DNA of 47,097 nucleotides from Nitrososphaeraceae archaeon (lineage in GTDB: Archaea; Thermoproteota; Nitrososphaeria; Nitrososphaerales; Nitrososphaeraceae). The translations under genes were made by a program, and so were the position numbers. Positions within the stretch are counted from its first letter, which is position 1, and the number at the start of each line of letters is the position of its first letter. Shown here piece after piece: positions 1-10,407 of this stretch. A model generated the notes under the pieces. The model saw only the letters and a list, made by a program, of their open reading frames with translations, was not told the DNA's origin and did no database searches. The stretch spans positions 1-47,097 of the forward strand of contig DATFEP010000035.1 of NCBI GenBank assembly GCA_035250975.1. Reading direction: 5' to 3'.

Positions 1-212
1 TATTCTAATTTTATAACGTAAAAAGTTTATTATATTAAATCATCGGTGAAATCTCCTATTAAAAGGATTTTTTTTGTGTAAATGGTCATATCAAAATTTT
101 AGACTAATTTGGAGCTTACATTTTAAGAATAGAAAATAATAGACAGATGATATTAAATTATAGCATAACAGCCTAACGATCTCTTTTTCTGACAATTTGA
201 TAAAAATAATTA

Positions 213-578
213 TCAAGTCAAATTCCAGAGTGAGACGTTGTCTTGAGATGAATTATTATTTAAATAAAGTTTGTAGCCTTTTAACATATTATCTTTGACG
301 TATCTTTTTTCGACAAAAGCAAAATCTTTTTCACAGTTGGTTATAAGCTCAGGTTCCTCCTTAAAGAATGAATTTTTTATAAAGTCTAATGCATCCTTCC
401 ATCTGTAAGCTTTGATTCTTCCAACAAATTCACTATTATTGAAATTTTCTGTATATTTATAAACATCAAAGTAATCTGCTAATTTAATACAATTATCACA
501 AAAGTTATCCTTCTTTCCGGTTTTAGAACAGTCAGGACACTGAGTTATCATGTTATGAGATTTATATAATAAATTCAT
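213..578 (-). CDS. Hypothetical protein with N-terminal CxxC...CxxC zinc-binding motif
   Basis: 121-aa ORF with CPDC-x9-CDNC; ATG start (a second Met at residue 10 is also possible). Confidence 0.65.
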   Translation of the reverse strand: MNLLYKSHNMITQCPDCSKTGKKDNFCDNCIKLADYFDVYKYTENFNNSEFVGRIKAYRWKDALDFIKNSFFKEEPELITNCEKDFAFVEKRYVKDNMLKGYKLYLNNNSSQDNVSLWNLT

Positions 579-1348
579 ATTTTAATATGTTTACTTTGAT
601 CGTTAGACTAGGATGAATCTTTCCGTCGATAAATAATATTTGAATTTATCGAATAGACTAGACGATCTTCTTAACTACACCCTTGTGTATATTTCTGTTG
701 ATGTCACATTTTTTATTCTTGAATATATTTTGCTTGTAAAAAGGTTATCAAGTATTTGTTTTTCAATACTAATAAAATTAATTATGTCTAAAAAACGTTT
801 GATAAATAATTTCTTAATTTCTATACAATTGCTATAATATAAAATTGACCAAAATAATAAGATCAAACATAATTGGTTAGATAATTACTTATAATGTTAT
901 TTTTAACACTCATCATACACAACATTTTTTTTATGGAATATGTGTCGATAGAATGAAATACAGTAAAGGCAGACACTCTATAATATTTAGCAGATATTTT
1001 TGATCATACAAAATATAGGATAAAGTATAAGAAATATGCTTATCATTCTACAAACAATGTATCTATGAGATTGAATATAAGAAAAATGATTGCAGTAATA
1101 AAATTGTTTGATTATTGCGAAAATGCAAACACAATGTCAGTATATGAATGTCCTCAAGGCTATTAAATCGCTAGTTGTGAGATCCATTTTAATCATTCAA
1201 GCTAGACAAAAGATATAAGTTTATCAAAATTCTTCAATTCTTGCTAAATATTTTAATAATGTATCACCATTGATTTTGGCATTTTCAGGAAATGATTAAA
1301 TCCTAAATTTCCAAGATAGTTTTAGGTAAAGGATATCCATCAAATTGT

Positions 1349-1465
1349 TCATACCCACTTTGGAAAAGACGCCTTTTCTTTTGTGCAAAAGTTAGATTCT
1401 TGTAGGTAACCAAATGCTATCCTTTTCGATTCTTGAATTTCTATTGATGATACAAAATTTTTCAT
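1349..1465 (-). pseudogene. Possible decayed SRPBCC/START-like gene 5' remnant
   Basis: My translation MKNFVSSIEIQESKRIAFGYLQESNFCTKEKASFPKWV* resembles the SRPBCC N-terminal pattern (SIEI...F.YL...PKW); stop-riddled sequence follows. Confidence 0.2.
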
Positions 1466-1747
1466 GTATTTATTTTAAAATATATTACAACAGATACAAC
1501 CACAGACAATTTCCAGTTGTTCAGAATTAATCAATAATCAGATAATAGTATTAGTATGCCATTCCTGTGATGTTTATATCAAATTAGTCTAAATACCAAA
1601 AAATATATCCAAATCCATTTTTGAAATTGTTTATATGCACTACAAACAAGATATAATTTATCTTATTAAACATTATTACCTTTTTTTCTCAGTTATTATG
1701 TAAAAAAAAGTAGTATTTTTTTATACATGCAATAGTTGTATATTAGT

Positions 1748-1984
1748 ATGATAAAGGCGTATATTTTGATTATCTGTGAACCCGCTAATAAGTATAGGAT
1801 TGCCAATAGTCTTAAAAAAATAGACAATGTGATAAATGTTGACATTATTAACGGCGCATATGATCTAATCTTGGAAATAATGGTTAAAACAATGGACGAT
1901 TTGAGAGAAAAATTTCAAAACGATATTAAAAATATAGACGGATCAATCTCAACTTTGACTTTAGTTACGTCGGAAGATTTATGA
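1748..1984 (+). CDS. Lrp/AsnC ligand-binding (RAM) domain protein without HTH
   Basis: KAYILI.CEP...GAYDLILEI...I..I.G..STLTL pattern typical of stand-alone AsnC domains; ATG at 1748 preferred to TTG at 1736. Confidence 0.85.
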   Translation: MIKAYILIICEPANKYRIANSLKKIDNVINVDIINGAYDLILEIMVKTMDDLREKFQNDIKNIDGSISTLTLVTSEDL

Positions 1985-2215
1985 GAAGCCATACAAATGA
2001 TTGGCAATTTGAAATAATCTATCATATAAAAAATAAGGACCACTTTATTTCAAATTATAGTATATTTATTCTATTTCTAATCGTTCAAATTTAATATTTA
2101 TAATAAATAAATAATATTAAACCTAATTTTTTTTGTAAAATGTCTACTTTACCTACATTGTGTTTCTAAAAATTAATTTGATTTGAATCGTAAGCCATTC
2201 TTTTCAGGTAAAAAA

Positions 2216-2800
2216 TCAAAAATCGCCAAAACCTCCACCATCGAAGCCACCAAAATCTGCTTCGCCAACACTTGTATCCATATCACTCGCACCAGCATCG
2301 CCAGTATCTGTCGCTGCTCCTTCAGCCCCTGATTGGTCTATCTGTCCTTCTGTCATTGAACTTTCAGTTGGGTTCATTCCCATTCCCATAAAAGACATCA
2401 TAGAAGCAAAAAACATCATATTCATAATTCCTGAGAATAACATCATCGGTATCCACATTCTATTAGAATCCATAAAGCTTTGCATTTGAGTTTTGTCGCC
2501 AGTTTGGTATAACTGTTGAAGACGTTCTGATTTTTCATACAATTCTTGTTTTTTTGTATTAAGAATTTCTATTCCAGTTTTAGCGATATCAAGTTCCACC
2601 TTTTTATTACCAAAGAAACCTTTTTTTACACTTTTTACTATCAATCTCTGGCTAATCAGATCATTAACAATTAACTCCACTTCAGCCTTAGACAGTTTGG
2701 TAACCTTAGAGATGGAGTCTATCTTTTTCATTCCTCTCGATATAGCGTCCAAAACCATAAAGTGGTTTGGACTTTCATTAAATCCACTATTTGAAGACAT
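2216..2800 (-). CDS. Winged-helix domain protein with Met-rich segment and acidic Gly/Phe-rich tail
   Basis: N-terminus VLDAISRG..KIDSISKVTKLSKAEVELIVNDL...LI is wHTH-like; C-terminus GEADFGGFDGGGFGDF. Confidence 0.75.
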   Translation of the reverse strand: MSSNSGFNESPNHFMVLDAISRGMKKIDSISKVTKLSKAEVELIVNDLISQRLIVKSVKKGFFGNKKVELDIAKTGIEILNTKKQELYEKSERLQQLYQTGDKTQMQSFMDSNRMWIPMMLFSGIMNMMFFASMMSFMGMGMNPTESSMTEGQIDQSGAEGAATDTGDAGASDMDTSVGEADFGGFDGGGFGDF

Positions 2801-3091
2801 TATACTATTTTATACCTAAAAAGAATATTTAAATGAAATGGTGACAACATTGCAAATGACAAAATATGCTTTCATACGTAAAGTTTAAAATTAATAGTTC
2901 ATTTATATTTTACAAAGATTAAATCATCGAAATAATAAATCACAAATTGAAAAATTGATAATTTATCTTTATTTTGTCTTGAAGATGGTTAAAGAGTAAG
3001 TCATATTACTTGCAATTCCTTGACATATGTGAAAAAATAGTATGAAATCTAAACTATACTGATCCATTTATTTATCTCCAGCATAATCAAT

Positions 3092-3379
3092 ATGCACATG
3101 GGAAATGAAACTACATTTTTGGTATTTTATAGATTCAGACCATTAGATTCTGAAGAAAAGAGCATAGCAAAACACAAATGGGACGAAATAAAGAGTAGCT
3201 TACCTAAGGATATAGCACTTATTGGAGAGTATGATCACGCTTGGGGAACAGAATACAATGGATTTCTAATGTTCCAATCAAATACAAGTGATCAGTTTTT
3301 GGAATGGTGGTCAACTTTTAAAGATGAAATCAGATGGTATGTAGAGAAAACTCACACTATCGTAGCTCGTAAACGTTAA
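3092..3379 (+). CDS. Small hypothetical protein, probable ferredoxin-like (dimeric alpha/beta barrel) fold
   Basis: 95-aa ORF with alternating strand/helix pattern (LVFYRF, LIGEY.HAWG.EYNGFLMF); TATA-like TTTATTTA about 25 nt upstream. Confidence 0.75.
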   Translation: MHMGNETTFLVFYRFRPLDSEEKSIAKHKWDEIKSSLPKDIALIGEYDHAWGTEYNGFLMFQSNTSDQFLEWWSTFKDEIRWYVEKTHTIVARKR

Positions 3380-3407
3380 TTTCCTTTTTTAAGGAACATT
3401 TTATTTT

Positions 3408-3935
3408 TTGATCTATTTGATAATAATAGTCTGTGGATTACCGGGAACCGGGAAAACATTTCTAGCTAGGAAACTATCAAAAAAGATCAACGCAGTATTA
3501 TTGTCTACTGATAAGATAAGAAAGGAAATCATTCAAAAACCCAAATACAGTTTATGGGAACGGGCTCTAGTTTATAATGTACTGTTTCTAATATCCAAAT
3601 ACTTACTTTCTGCAGGGACTAATTGTATTTTGGATGGAACATTCAACCGGAAAATATCTAGGGATGAAGCTATTGAAAAACTAGATTCGGAAAGAAATGA
3701 TATATATATTATTGAATGTATCTGCCCCGAAGATATTATATTTTCAAGACTGCAATCTAGAAAAAGGGATTATTCAGATGCAGATATTTCTGTATATCTG
3801 AAGATGAAAAGATTTTATGAAAAGATGTCAGAAAAGCATTTGACTATAGATACATCTAAATCTTTAGAAAAAAATCTTGAAAAAATATTGAACTTTATTG
3901 GTCAAAAAGAAAATTGTCAAAGAATACTACATTGA
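3408..3935 (+). CDS. P-loop nucleotide/small-molecule kinase (AAA_33 family)
   Basis: Walker A GLPGTGKT, STDKIRK, ILDGTF, lid-like RLQSR..D.SDA; TTG start. Confidence 0.9.
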   Translation: MIYLIIIVCGLPGTGKTFLARKLSKKINAVLLSTDKIRKEIIQKPKYSLWERALVYNVLFLISKYLLSAGTNCILDGTFNRKISRDEAIEKLDSERNDIYIIECICPEDIIFSRLQSRKRDYSDADISVYLKMKRFYEKMSEKHLTIDTSKSLEKNLEKILNFIGQKENCQRILH

Positions 3936-4462
3936 GGTTAATTGTAAACTTAATTCGATTCTTGTTGTGTCGTCTTAATATCATTTTACAAACTTATTCA
4001 AGGCTAATTTATCACATCAACAAGATAAATAAGAGTAGATTAAATGGTATAGAATTATACAATAACCATATGATAGAATAATATATTACCTATTGTTAAT
4101 AAATATAATCAAATCTATTAACGATTTTTTATGTTCTTTATGAAAATGTTCAAAATGACACAAATAAGATTTGAAATCAATCAAATGAGAAAGTTTCTAA
4201 AATCTAATTCAACTGTTGTTGGTACTCGAAATATTCTCATATGTTAATAATTTGTATTAGATTAAAATACTAGTGATACAATAGTAAAGGAAAAATAGTG
4301 TATTTTTATTGATATTGAAATTTACTAATCATAATGAAAAATCTTAACTTGGACATACACGCAGGAAGTGACAACAGGGTGTTTACAGAACTTGACAGAA
4401 AACTAAAAATAAATAATTAATATAAAATCAGACTGTATTATATCTTGAATTCCTCATAACAA

Positions 4463-4470
4463 TTTATATA
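4463..4470 (+). promoter_or_regulatory. Archaeal TATA box of the aldehyde dehydrogenase gene, implying a leaderless or near-leaderless mRNA
   Basis: TTTATATA 24-31 nt upstream of ATG 4494. Confidence 0.55.
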
Positions 4471-4493
4471 AGCATATTTTGACAATTGAATAG

Positions 4494-5894
4494 ATGCTAT
4501 CATTAAAATTCAAGACAATTAATCCCACTACGGAAGAAATTGTTAATGAATACGAGAATATGTCATATGAAAATATTGATAAAACTGTGATTAAAGCTAA
4601 GAATGCGTTTAATACTTGGAAGGAAAATTTTAAAAAAAGAGATATTTATCTGCATTCTTTTGCTACTGAATTTAGGAAGAATAAGGAGAATCTAGCTAAG
4701 GTTGCGACAATGGAAATGGGAAAACCGATAAAAGAAGCAAGAACGGAGATAGAAAAATGTGCTTGGACCATGGAATATTATGCTGATAACGGCCAAGTGT
4801 TTATGACTGACGAGATTATTAATACTGATGCAAGAAAGAGTTTTATAACTTTTGAGCCATTAGGCGTTATCGCAAGTATAATGCCATGGAATTTTCCTTA
4901 TTGGCAAGCTTTGAGATTTGCTGCTCCTTCGTTAATAGCAGGAAATACCATCGTACTTAAACCCGCAAGCGCAACTGTCCAGTGTGGCTTAGAAATTGAG
5001 AAAATATTTAACAAAGTAGGATTACCAGAAGGAGTGTTTCAAACAGTAGTTGGAAATTCCAATATCGCTGAATATTTGATAGATTCTGACAATGTTAACG
5101 CGGTTACATTTACAGGAAGTGTTCCGGTTGGTTCCAAAGTAGCACAGAGAGCGACATCTCAGCTAAAGAAAACAGTATTAGAGCTTGGAGGCAGCGACCC
5201 GTTTATAGTATGTGACGATGCTGATATTGACAAGGCATCCGCAGGAGCTGTGAAGGGGCGTTTTATAAATTGTGGTCAAAGTTGTATTGCAAGCAAAAGA
5301 TTCTTTGTAGTAAAAAAAGTAGCAAATGAATTTATTGAAAAATTTACTCAAAATACAGAAAAACTCCGTGTTGGAGATCCACTTGACGAAAATACAGACA
5401 TAGGACCATTGATAACTCTCAACAGTTTGGAGTTTATCGATGAAGTAATTCATAGTTCTATAAAGGATGGAGCAGACCTTTTATTGGGTGGAGAAAGATT
5501 ATCTAGAAAGGGCTATTTCTATGAACCGACAATACTAAACAATGTCACTCCAAAAATGCGCGTTGCAAAGGAAGAGACTTTCGGTCCAGTAGCACCAATA
5601 ACAGTTGTAGAAAACGAAATGGAGGCGATTAAATTCGCCAACGAATCCGAATTTGGACTTGGAGCTAGTATATGGACACAAGATCTAGATAAGGCCGAAC
5701 GACTATCTAGACTGGTGCAATCCGGAATTGTGACTGTCAACAGTGTAGTAGTATCAGATCCGCGAGTCCCATTTGGAGGTATAAAGAATAGTGGGTTTGG
5801 TAGAGAATTATCAAAATATGGGTTATTTGAATTTGTAAATATAAAGTCTGTGAGATTCTATGATCAGTTGATACGTAATCACCATGTAGAATAA
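4494..5894 (+). CDS. gabD: NAD(P)-dependent aldehyde dehydrogenase, succinate-semialdehyde dehydrogenase-like
   Basis: IMPWNFPYWQ, LKPAS, FTGS, LELGGSDP (catalytic Glu), GQSCIASKR (catalytic Cys), EETFGP, PFGGIKNSGFGRE. Confidence 0.9.
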   Translation: MLSLKFKTINPTTEEIVNEYENMSYENIDKTVIKAKNAFNTWKENFKKRDIYLHSFATEFRKNKENLAKVATMEMGKPIKEARTEIEKCAWTMEYYADNGQVFMTDEIINTDARKSFITFEPLGVIASIMPWNFPYWQALRFAAPSLIAGNTIVLKPASATVQCGLEIEKIFNKVGLPEGVFQTVVGNSNIAEYLIDSDNVNAVTFTGSVPVGSKVAQRATSQLKKTVLELGGSDPFIVCDDADIDKASAGAVKGRFINCGQSCIASKRFFVVKKVANEFIEKFTQNTEKLRVGDPLDENTDIGPLITLNSLEFIDEVIHSSIKDGADLLLGGERLSRKGYFYEPTILNNVTPKMRVAKEETFGPVAPITVVENEMEAIKFANESEFGLGASIWTQDLDKAERLSRLVQSGIVTVNSVVVSDPRVPFGGIKNSGFGRELSKYGLFEFVNIKSVRFYDQLIRNHHVE

Positions 5895-5983
5895 GATTTG
5901 AAAAGGTAATATAAAATTCAGTAAGAAAGCAAGAAATAACTTTAGGAAAAAGATTAAAACAACAAAAAAAAGAACCAACTTTT

Positions 5984-6859
5984 TTAATTTGAATCTGCCT
6001 CATGATACGTTTCTATTTGAATGGTGCTATGAGAGATATTGAATTTCTTGTCTAATAATGACATTATTTCTCTTAATATTAAATCTGATTTACTCTTATC
6101 ACTTATAACTACATGAGCCGTTAACGCATCCAGATTTGAAGATATTGTCCAAATATGAAGATCAAAAACGCCTGTCACTCCCTTGATTTCCAAGATAGAT
6201 TTTTTAACCTTTTCATATGATATATTTGTAGGAACACCTTCCATCAATATATGAATCGACTTTTTAACAAGTGACCATATACGAGGAATTATAAATAATA
6301 CCAAAATAACACTGACAATCGGGTCTATTAAAGAAAAATTTGTAAAAAAGATTATAATTCCAGTTATTATTATACCGGCCGAACCTATCGCATCTTTAAT
6401 AACTTCAAGATAGGCTCCTTCTATATTCAAGTTAGTTTTGGCGTCTTTTTGTAATAACGATATTCCAATAAGATTTATTATCAAACCAAAAATTCCAATA
6501 GAAATTATAGATATTGAATCTAATGTCTTTTCAAAATAAAAAAAGTTACGATAAGCCTCGTAAATAATATATGATGATAAAAGTGATACTATTATTCCGT
6601 TTATTAGTGCCGCTAGTATTTCAAATCTATAGAATCCATAGGTTTTCTGCGGTGTAGGAGGTTTTTGTGAAAACTTTATGGCAAACCAAGCTAGAAACAA
6701 ACCACATATATCAATAAACATATGCCCTGCATCGGCTATCAAAACTAGACTATTTAATAAGAACCCGGCTAAGACCTCAACAGAAATAAAAGAGCTGGTT
6801 AATATGAGAACTAATTTTAAATTCTTTATCTGAGATCCATTAGAAAAATGAAAGTGCAC
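5984..6859 (-). CDS. czcD: Cation diffusion facilitator Zn/Co/Cd efflux transporter
   Basis: ADAGHMFID, TYGFYRFEILAA, DLHIW, HSTIQIE; GTG start. Confidence 0.9.
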   Translation of the reverse strand: MHFHFSNGSQIKNLKLVLILTSSFISVEVLAGFLLNSLVLIADAGHMFIDICGLFLAWFAIKFSQKPPTPQKTYGFYRFEILAALINGIIVSLLSSYIIYEAYRNFFYFEKTLDSISIISIGIFGLIINLIGISLLQKDAKTNLNIEGAYLEVIKDAIGSAGIIITGIIIFFTNFSLIDPIVSVILVLFIIPRIWSLVKKSIHILMEGVPTNISYEKVKKSILEIKGVTGVFDLHIWTISSNLDALTAHVVISDKSKSDLILREIMSLLDKKFNISHSTIQIETYHEADSN

Positions 6860-7153
6860 GACAATATACTAGTAATATGAAACAATATCTGGCTTTCTAA
6901 TTTCCTAATTAGTTTCATTCTAGGTTTATCCATTCCTTTTCAGTTATAATGGAACAAAAGAGTAATTGGTGAAATATATTTTAATGTTTTGAGAGAAAAT
7001 ACTAGGCATTTCATTCAGGATGGATGGTACAATCTACAACATAGAACGAGCAGTAACTAATCACAATTTGATTGCTCAAGTAACAAAGTAATAAAAAATA
7101 AACTTTATACTAACAAATATTACAAACGATTATTAATTTTATAAATCTCTAAA

Positions 7154-8056
7154 ATGAATGTAATTATGATTTTTATTAATCCAATTAATGCTTTACTATG
7201 GTCAATTAGACGAGATCAAAGAGATGTAATTAATTTGTATAATGTTCTTTCTCCACTAATGTACATTACCACAGGAAGTACTATGTTGAATTTTGGATAT
7301 TGGTCTGATGAAATTAGAAAGCCTGATGAAGCTCAAATTAACCTATGTAAAATAACTGGGGAAATGGCAGAACTTGATACAGCAAGAAATCTTGTAGACG
7401 TGGGAAGTGGTTTATCTTCCCCTGCCATATGGTGGAAAAATAGATATAATTCTTTAGATCTATATTGTATAAATATCAATTATAATCAACAAGTGATAGC
7501 CAATAAAATAAAAGATAATTTTTTTAATTCAAAAAAGTCAAGAAGATATTCCAAGGATATTTGTCTAATTAATAGTTCTTCTCTTAGTTTACCATTCAAG
7601 AAGGAATCGATTGATAGAATAATCTGCTTAGAGGCAGCACAACATTTCAAACCGTTAACTAATTTTATCACCCAAACAAGATACATCTTAAAACCGAAAG
7701 GAATAATGGTTATAGCTCTACCGGTTATTACGAAATTATTCAATTCGGTAAAGAATTTATTAAAACTAGGTATTTTATCTTTTAGTTGGGCATCTGAGCA
7801 TTATTTATTAGATTATGTTTCGTCGATTATAACAAATGAAAAATTTAAAGTAATTGATATTGTTAAAATAGGTTCTCATGTCTATTCTCCATTGGCTGAA
7901 TTCTATATTAAAAACAGAAAAAAATTAAAGTATAAAATTTGTTGCGAGTACCATCCTGTTCTAGAATATATTCTATACAGATCTATATTAAAGATGGATA
8001 AACTATCAAGAGATAAAATTATTGAATATGTTATAATCAAGTGTGTCAAAATATGA
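7154..8056 (+). CDS. Class I SAM-dependent methyltransferase (sterol/tocopherol/natural-product MT-like)
   Basis: LNFGYW, VDVGSG motif I, LPF..ESIDRIICLEAAQHF. Confidence 0.88.
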   Translation: MNVIMIFINPINALLWSIRRDQRDVINLYNVLSPLMYITTGSTMLNFGYWSDEIRKPDEAQINLCKITGEMAELDTARNLVDVGSGLSSPAIWWKNRYNSLDLYCININYNQQVIANKIKDNFFNSKKSRRYSKDICLINSSSLSLPFKKESIDRIICLEAAQHFKPLTNFITQTRYILKPKGIMVIALPVITKLFNSVKNLLKLGILSFSWASEHYLLDYVSSIITNEKFKVIDIVKIGSHVYSPLAEFYIKNRKKLKYKICCEYHPVLEYILYRSILKMDKLSRDKIIEYVIIKCVKI

Positions 8057-8498
8057 TTCCTTCATTATATGTGCCTAGTAACATATTTAACGTGTTTCGA
8101 AAAAAATATTTTATATCTTGTGGTAATCACAATAACAATCGTTACAGGATTAAATACACAAATATCCAGATTAAGGTAATATTACGTTAACAATAAACTT
8201 ACCAACTTTTCTTGATGTTGCGTAAAGCATTCTATTTTAACTAAATTAGTCATTTTAAAATGAGATAAAAATATAGAAATAGCCGTAATATTTTATCATA
8301 TATAGGTATTTATAACTAGGACATACAAGAATGTTTTCGGAATACTTGTTCAGAGCTTCCCATAAAAAGTGATATCTTCTTTTCAAACAGACTGTTAGGC
8401 TATATAAATTATAGGCATTTCACAGATTTGTCTTAACTATTTGCATAAGTTTATAAAAATGTTTTTTGAATAAAACTGAATGCTACATCCTAATGTAG

Positions 8499-8530
8499 GT
8501 ATAACTGGTCTTGTATAACTGACCTTGTAT
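8499..8530. repeat. 14-bp tandem direct repeat, about 2.3 copies
   Basis: GTATAACTGGTCTT GTATAACTGACCTT GTAT. Confidence 0.7.
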
Positions 8531-8665
8531 TAGACAAGTTCATATAGACATACCAACCACATAGATCAATGAATGAAAGTACGAAATTGATTGATGAAAT
8601 TGCTCAAGTCTTATCTCCTCAGGCCATTACATGTAACAGAAGATGCATAGGAGGGGAATAATAAA

Positions 8666-8836
8666 ATGGAAAAAACCTTTTCATTGATAAGACCGTCTAT
8701 TGAAACAAGTAAAAAGGCAAAATTTTGTGTAACATGTGGTAACTTAGCTACTCAAGAAGCATTTTTCAATGTAGGCGATGGGGCTATTCTTATAGAAAGA
8801 TATTGTGATATTTGTGCGGACAAAGAGATTCCGTAA
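8666..8836 (+). CDS. 56-aa zinc-finger microprotein (absent from the ORF track)
   Basis: MEKTFSLIRPSIETSKKAKFCVTCGNLATQEAFFNVGDGAILIERYCDICADKEIP; CxxC...CxxC; SD-like GGAGGGG about 10 nt upstream. Confidence 0.8.
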   Translation: MEKTFSLIRPSIETSKKAKFCVTCGNLATQEAFFNVGDGAILIERYCDICADKEIP

Positions 8837-9178
8837 TAGTCACAAGGTCATTTAAGATTGTTGCAGCATAACACAATCATGATAGTTTCTAAATTATGAT
8901 GAAATATAACAATTACTCAATAACCATAAATAGACATTTTGGTTGTTAATAATTTTTACCTTCTTTAAAGAAAAAATAATAATTGTAACTAAGAAAATTC
9001 ATCATAAGAAAGATAGATATTTACTATAAAATATTATCATGTATTAACCAATCTTCAGCAAAGAGTTTGATTGAGAGGAAAGTGTTGAACAATTAAGATA
9101 ATACACTTTGGAAGAAAAGGCGGAAACTATAATATAGTAAAATATACAATACACTCTCCAATTTAACAATATTATAAA

Positions 9179-9670
9179 TTAAAATCTCATCACAAATGTT
9201 TCATTTATATCACATATATTAATATAATTATGAAACAATTTATATTCCCTAAAAATATTTTGTTTACTAGAATTATATCCAATTTTTAGTATTTTCTTAA
9301 ATGTTTCTAATTGATATTTCATCATTATCATACCAATCCCACTTCTACCCAATCTTATTTCATTTATTATTTCTAAAGGAATTCTTTTGACATATATTCT
9401 AGAAATAGCTGATGATAATACTTTTTTTATTTTATCGTTAGATATGATATTAGATTCACGTCTCATAATAAATTTCGATTCGTTTTGTCTGATTACTTTG
9501 ATCTTAGTGGGAGTATTTAATAAAACCTGGAGTACTTGTTCTGTAGTGCCATTATTCACTAACAAGACTTTTTCATAAATATTTAATTTAGTGTTACATG
9601 CTTGTTCAAGTTTAGAAATATCATTCAATGTAACTTGATAAGGATCTGCTATGTGTAAAATTTTTTTCAT
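9179..9670 (-). CDS. Chorismate pyruvate-lyase-like (UbiC/DUF98, UTRA fold) protein
   Basis: EKVLLVNNGTTEQVLQVL, RES.I, A.SRI, I..G..GIG, FREY match the DUF98 pattern; residues are divergent. Confidence 0.7.
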   Translation of the reverse strand: MKKILHIADPYQVTLNDISKLEQACNTKLNIYEKVLLVNNGTTEQVLQVLLNTPTKIKVIRQNESKFIMRRESNIISNDKIKKVLSSAISRIYVKRIPLEIINEIRLGRSGIGMIMMKYQLETFKKILKIGYNSSKQNIFREYKLFHNYINICDINETFVMRF

Positions 9671-9702
9671 ATATTATCTACTATTTACTGAAATTTAAAA
9701 TC

Positions 9703-10407
9703 TTATAAAAAGAAAATTCTGTAAATAATTAGTATTATGCAAATTGAAATTGTGGAGGAACTGAGAAGTTTGAGGCGTGACTCTAATTTCCTTGATTTTT
9801 TATTATCACAATTTTTTCTTTTAATTTCTTTGTATTCTCTGGAATATCTTATTTCAAGAAAAGAAACTAAAAAGGTAAATAGAGCTAAAATTAATGGCAG
9901 CTCAGAAATAGTATTTGTCTGGATTATATAGCCTGCTAATAATGGTAGACTTCCCCAAGATAAGGCAAACCAAAAATTGTTATGAAAAACGCCTCTAAAA
10001 AGCTCGAAATTATAAGCAAATAAGAAAAATCCTTCTATGATTCCAATAAATAATAACAAATTTACCGAAGTTATTACATAGTAAATTCCAATAATATATG
10101 CAATAGAAAGACCAACTATAACCATTATTTTTAGCTCTATCTTTGAAAAGTAATTACCCCATGGTTTAATTTTTTTTGAACCGAGATTGTCTGCCGCATG
10201 AGCTGATATTCCTAGTGCCAAAAAGTATATTGTAAATATAGCTACTACTCTATCCCAGTATATCGTAGGTGAAAGCATAGATCCTATAATGGTAAATGAA
10301 ATACACATTCCAGTATACGGGAGAAACAACAATCCAATGAATGCTCTGAATTTTACTGGACCAAAATTTGGTACAAACCATTCGTTAATTCTGGTAGATT
10401 CGTTCAT
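9703..10407 (-). CDS. Multi-pass membrane protein, putative divergent UbiA-superfamily prenyltransferase
   Basis: About 7 hydrophobic segments; AHAADN followed by KPWG where UbiA has its first Asp-rich motif; YN motif; ATGA overlap with the methyltransferase gene. Confidence 0.55.
   Translation of the reverse strand: MNESTRINEWFVPNFGPVKFRAFIGLLFLPYTGMCISFTIIGSMLSPTIYWDRVVAIFTIYFLALGISAHAADNLGSKKIKPWGNYFSKIELKIMVIVGLSIAYIIGIYYVITSVNLLLFIGIIEGFFLFAYNFELFRGVFHNNFWFALSWGSLPLLAGYIIQTNTISELPLILALFTFLVSFLEIRYSREYKEIKRKNCDNKKSRKLESRLKLLSSSTISICIILIIYRIFFL

Noticed and set aside
640-866. Overlapping ORFs 640..837 (+) and 675..866 (-)
   Set aside because: Short, AT-driven composition, TTG starts, no motif
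933-1166. Protein-like reading frame with two internal stops
   Set aside because: No recognisable family, so a pseudogene call cannot be supported
4334-4420. 28-codon ORF MKNLNLDIHAGSDNRVFTELDRKLKINN upstream of the aldehyde dehydrogenase
   Set aside because: No motif, and the dehydrogenase has its own TATA box downstream, so a leader-peptide role is unlikely
8569-10407. The 30-codon ORF and the UbiA-like protein both begin MNEST
   Set aside because: Codons differ and similarity stops after a few residues; treated as coincidence
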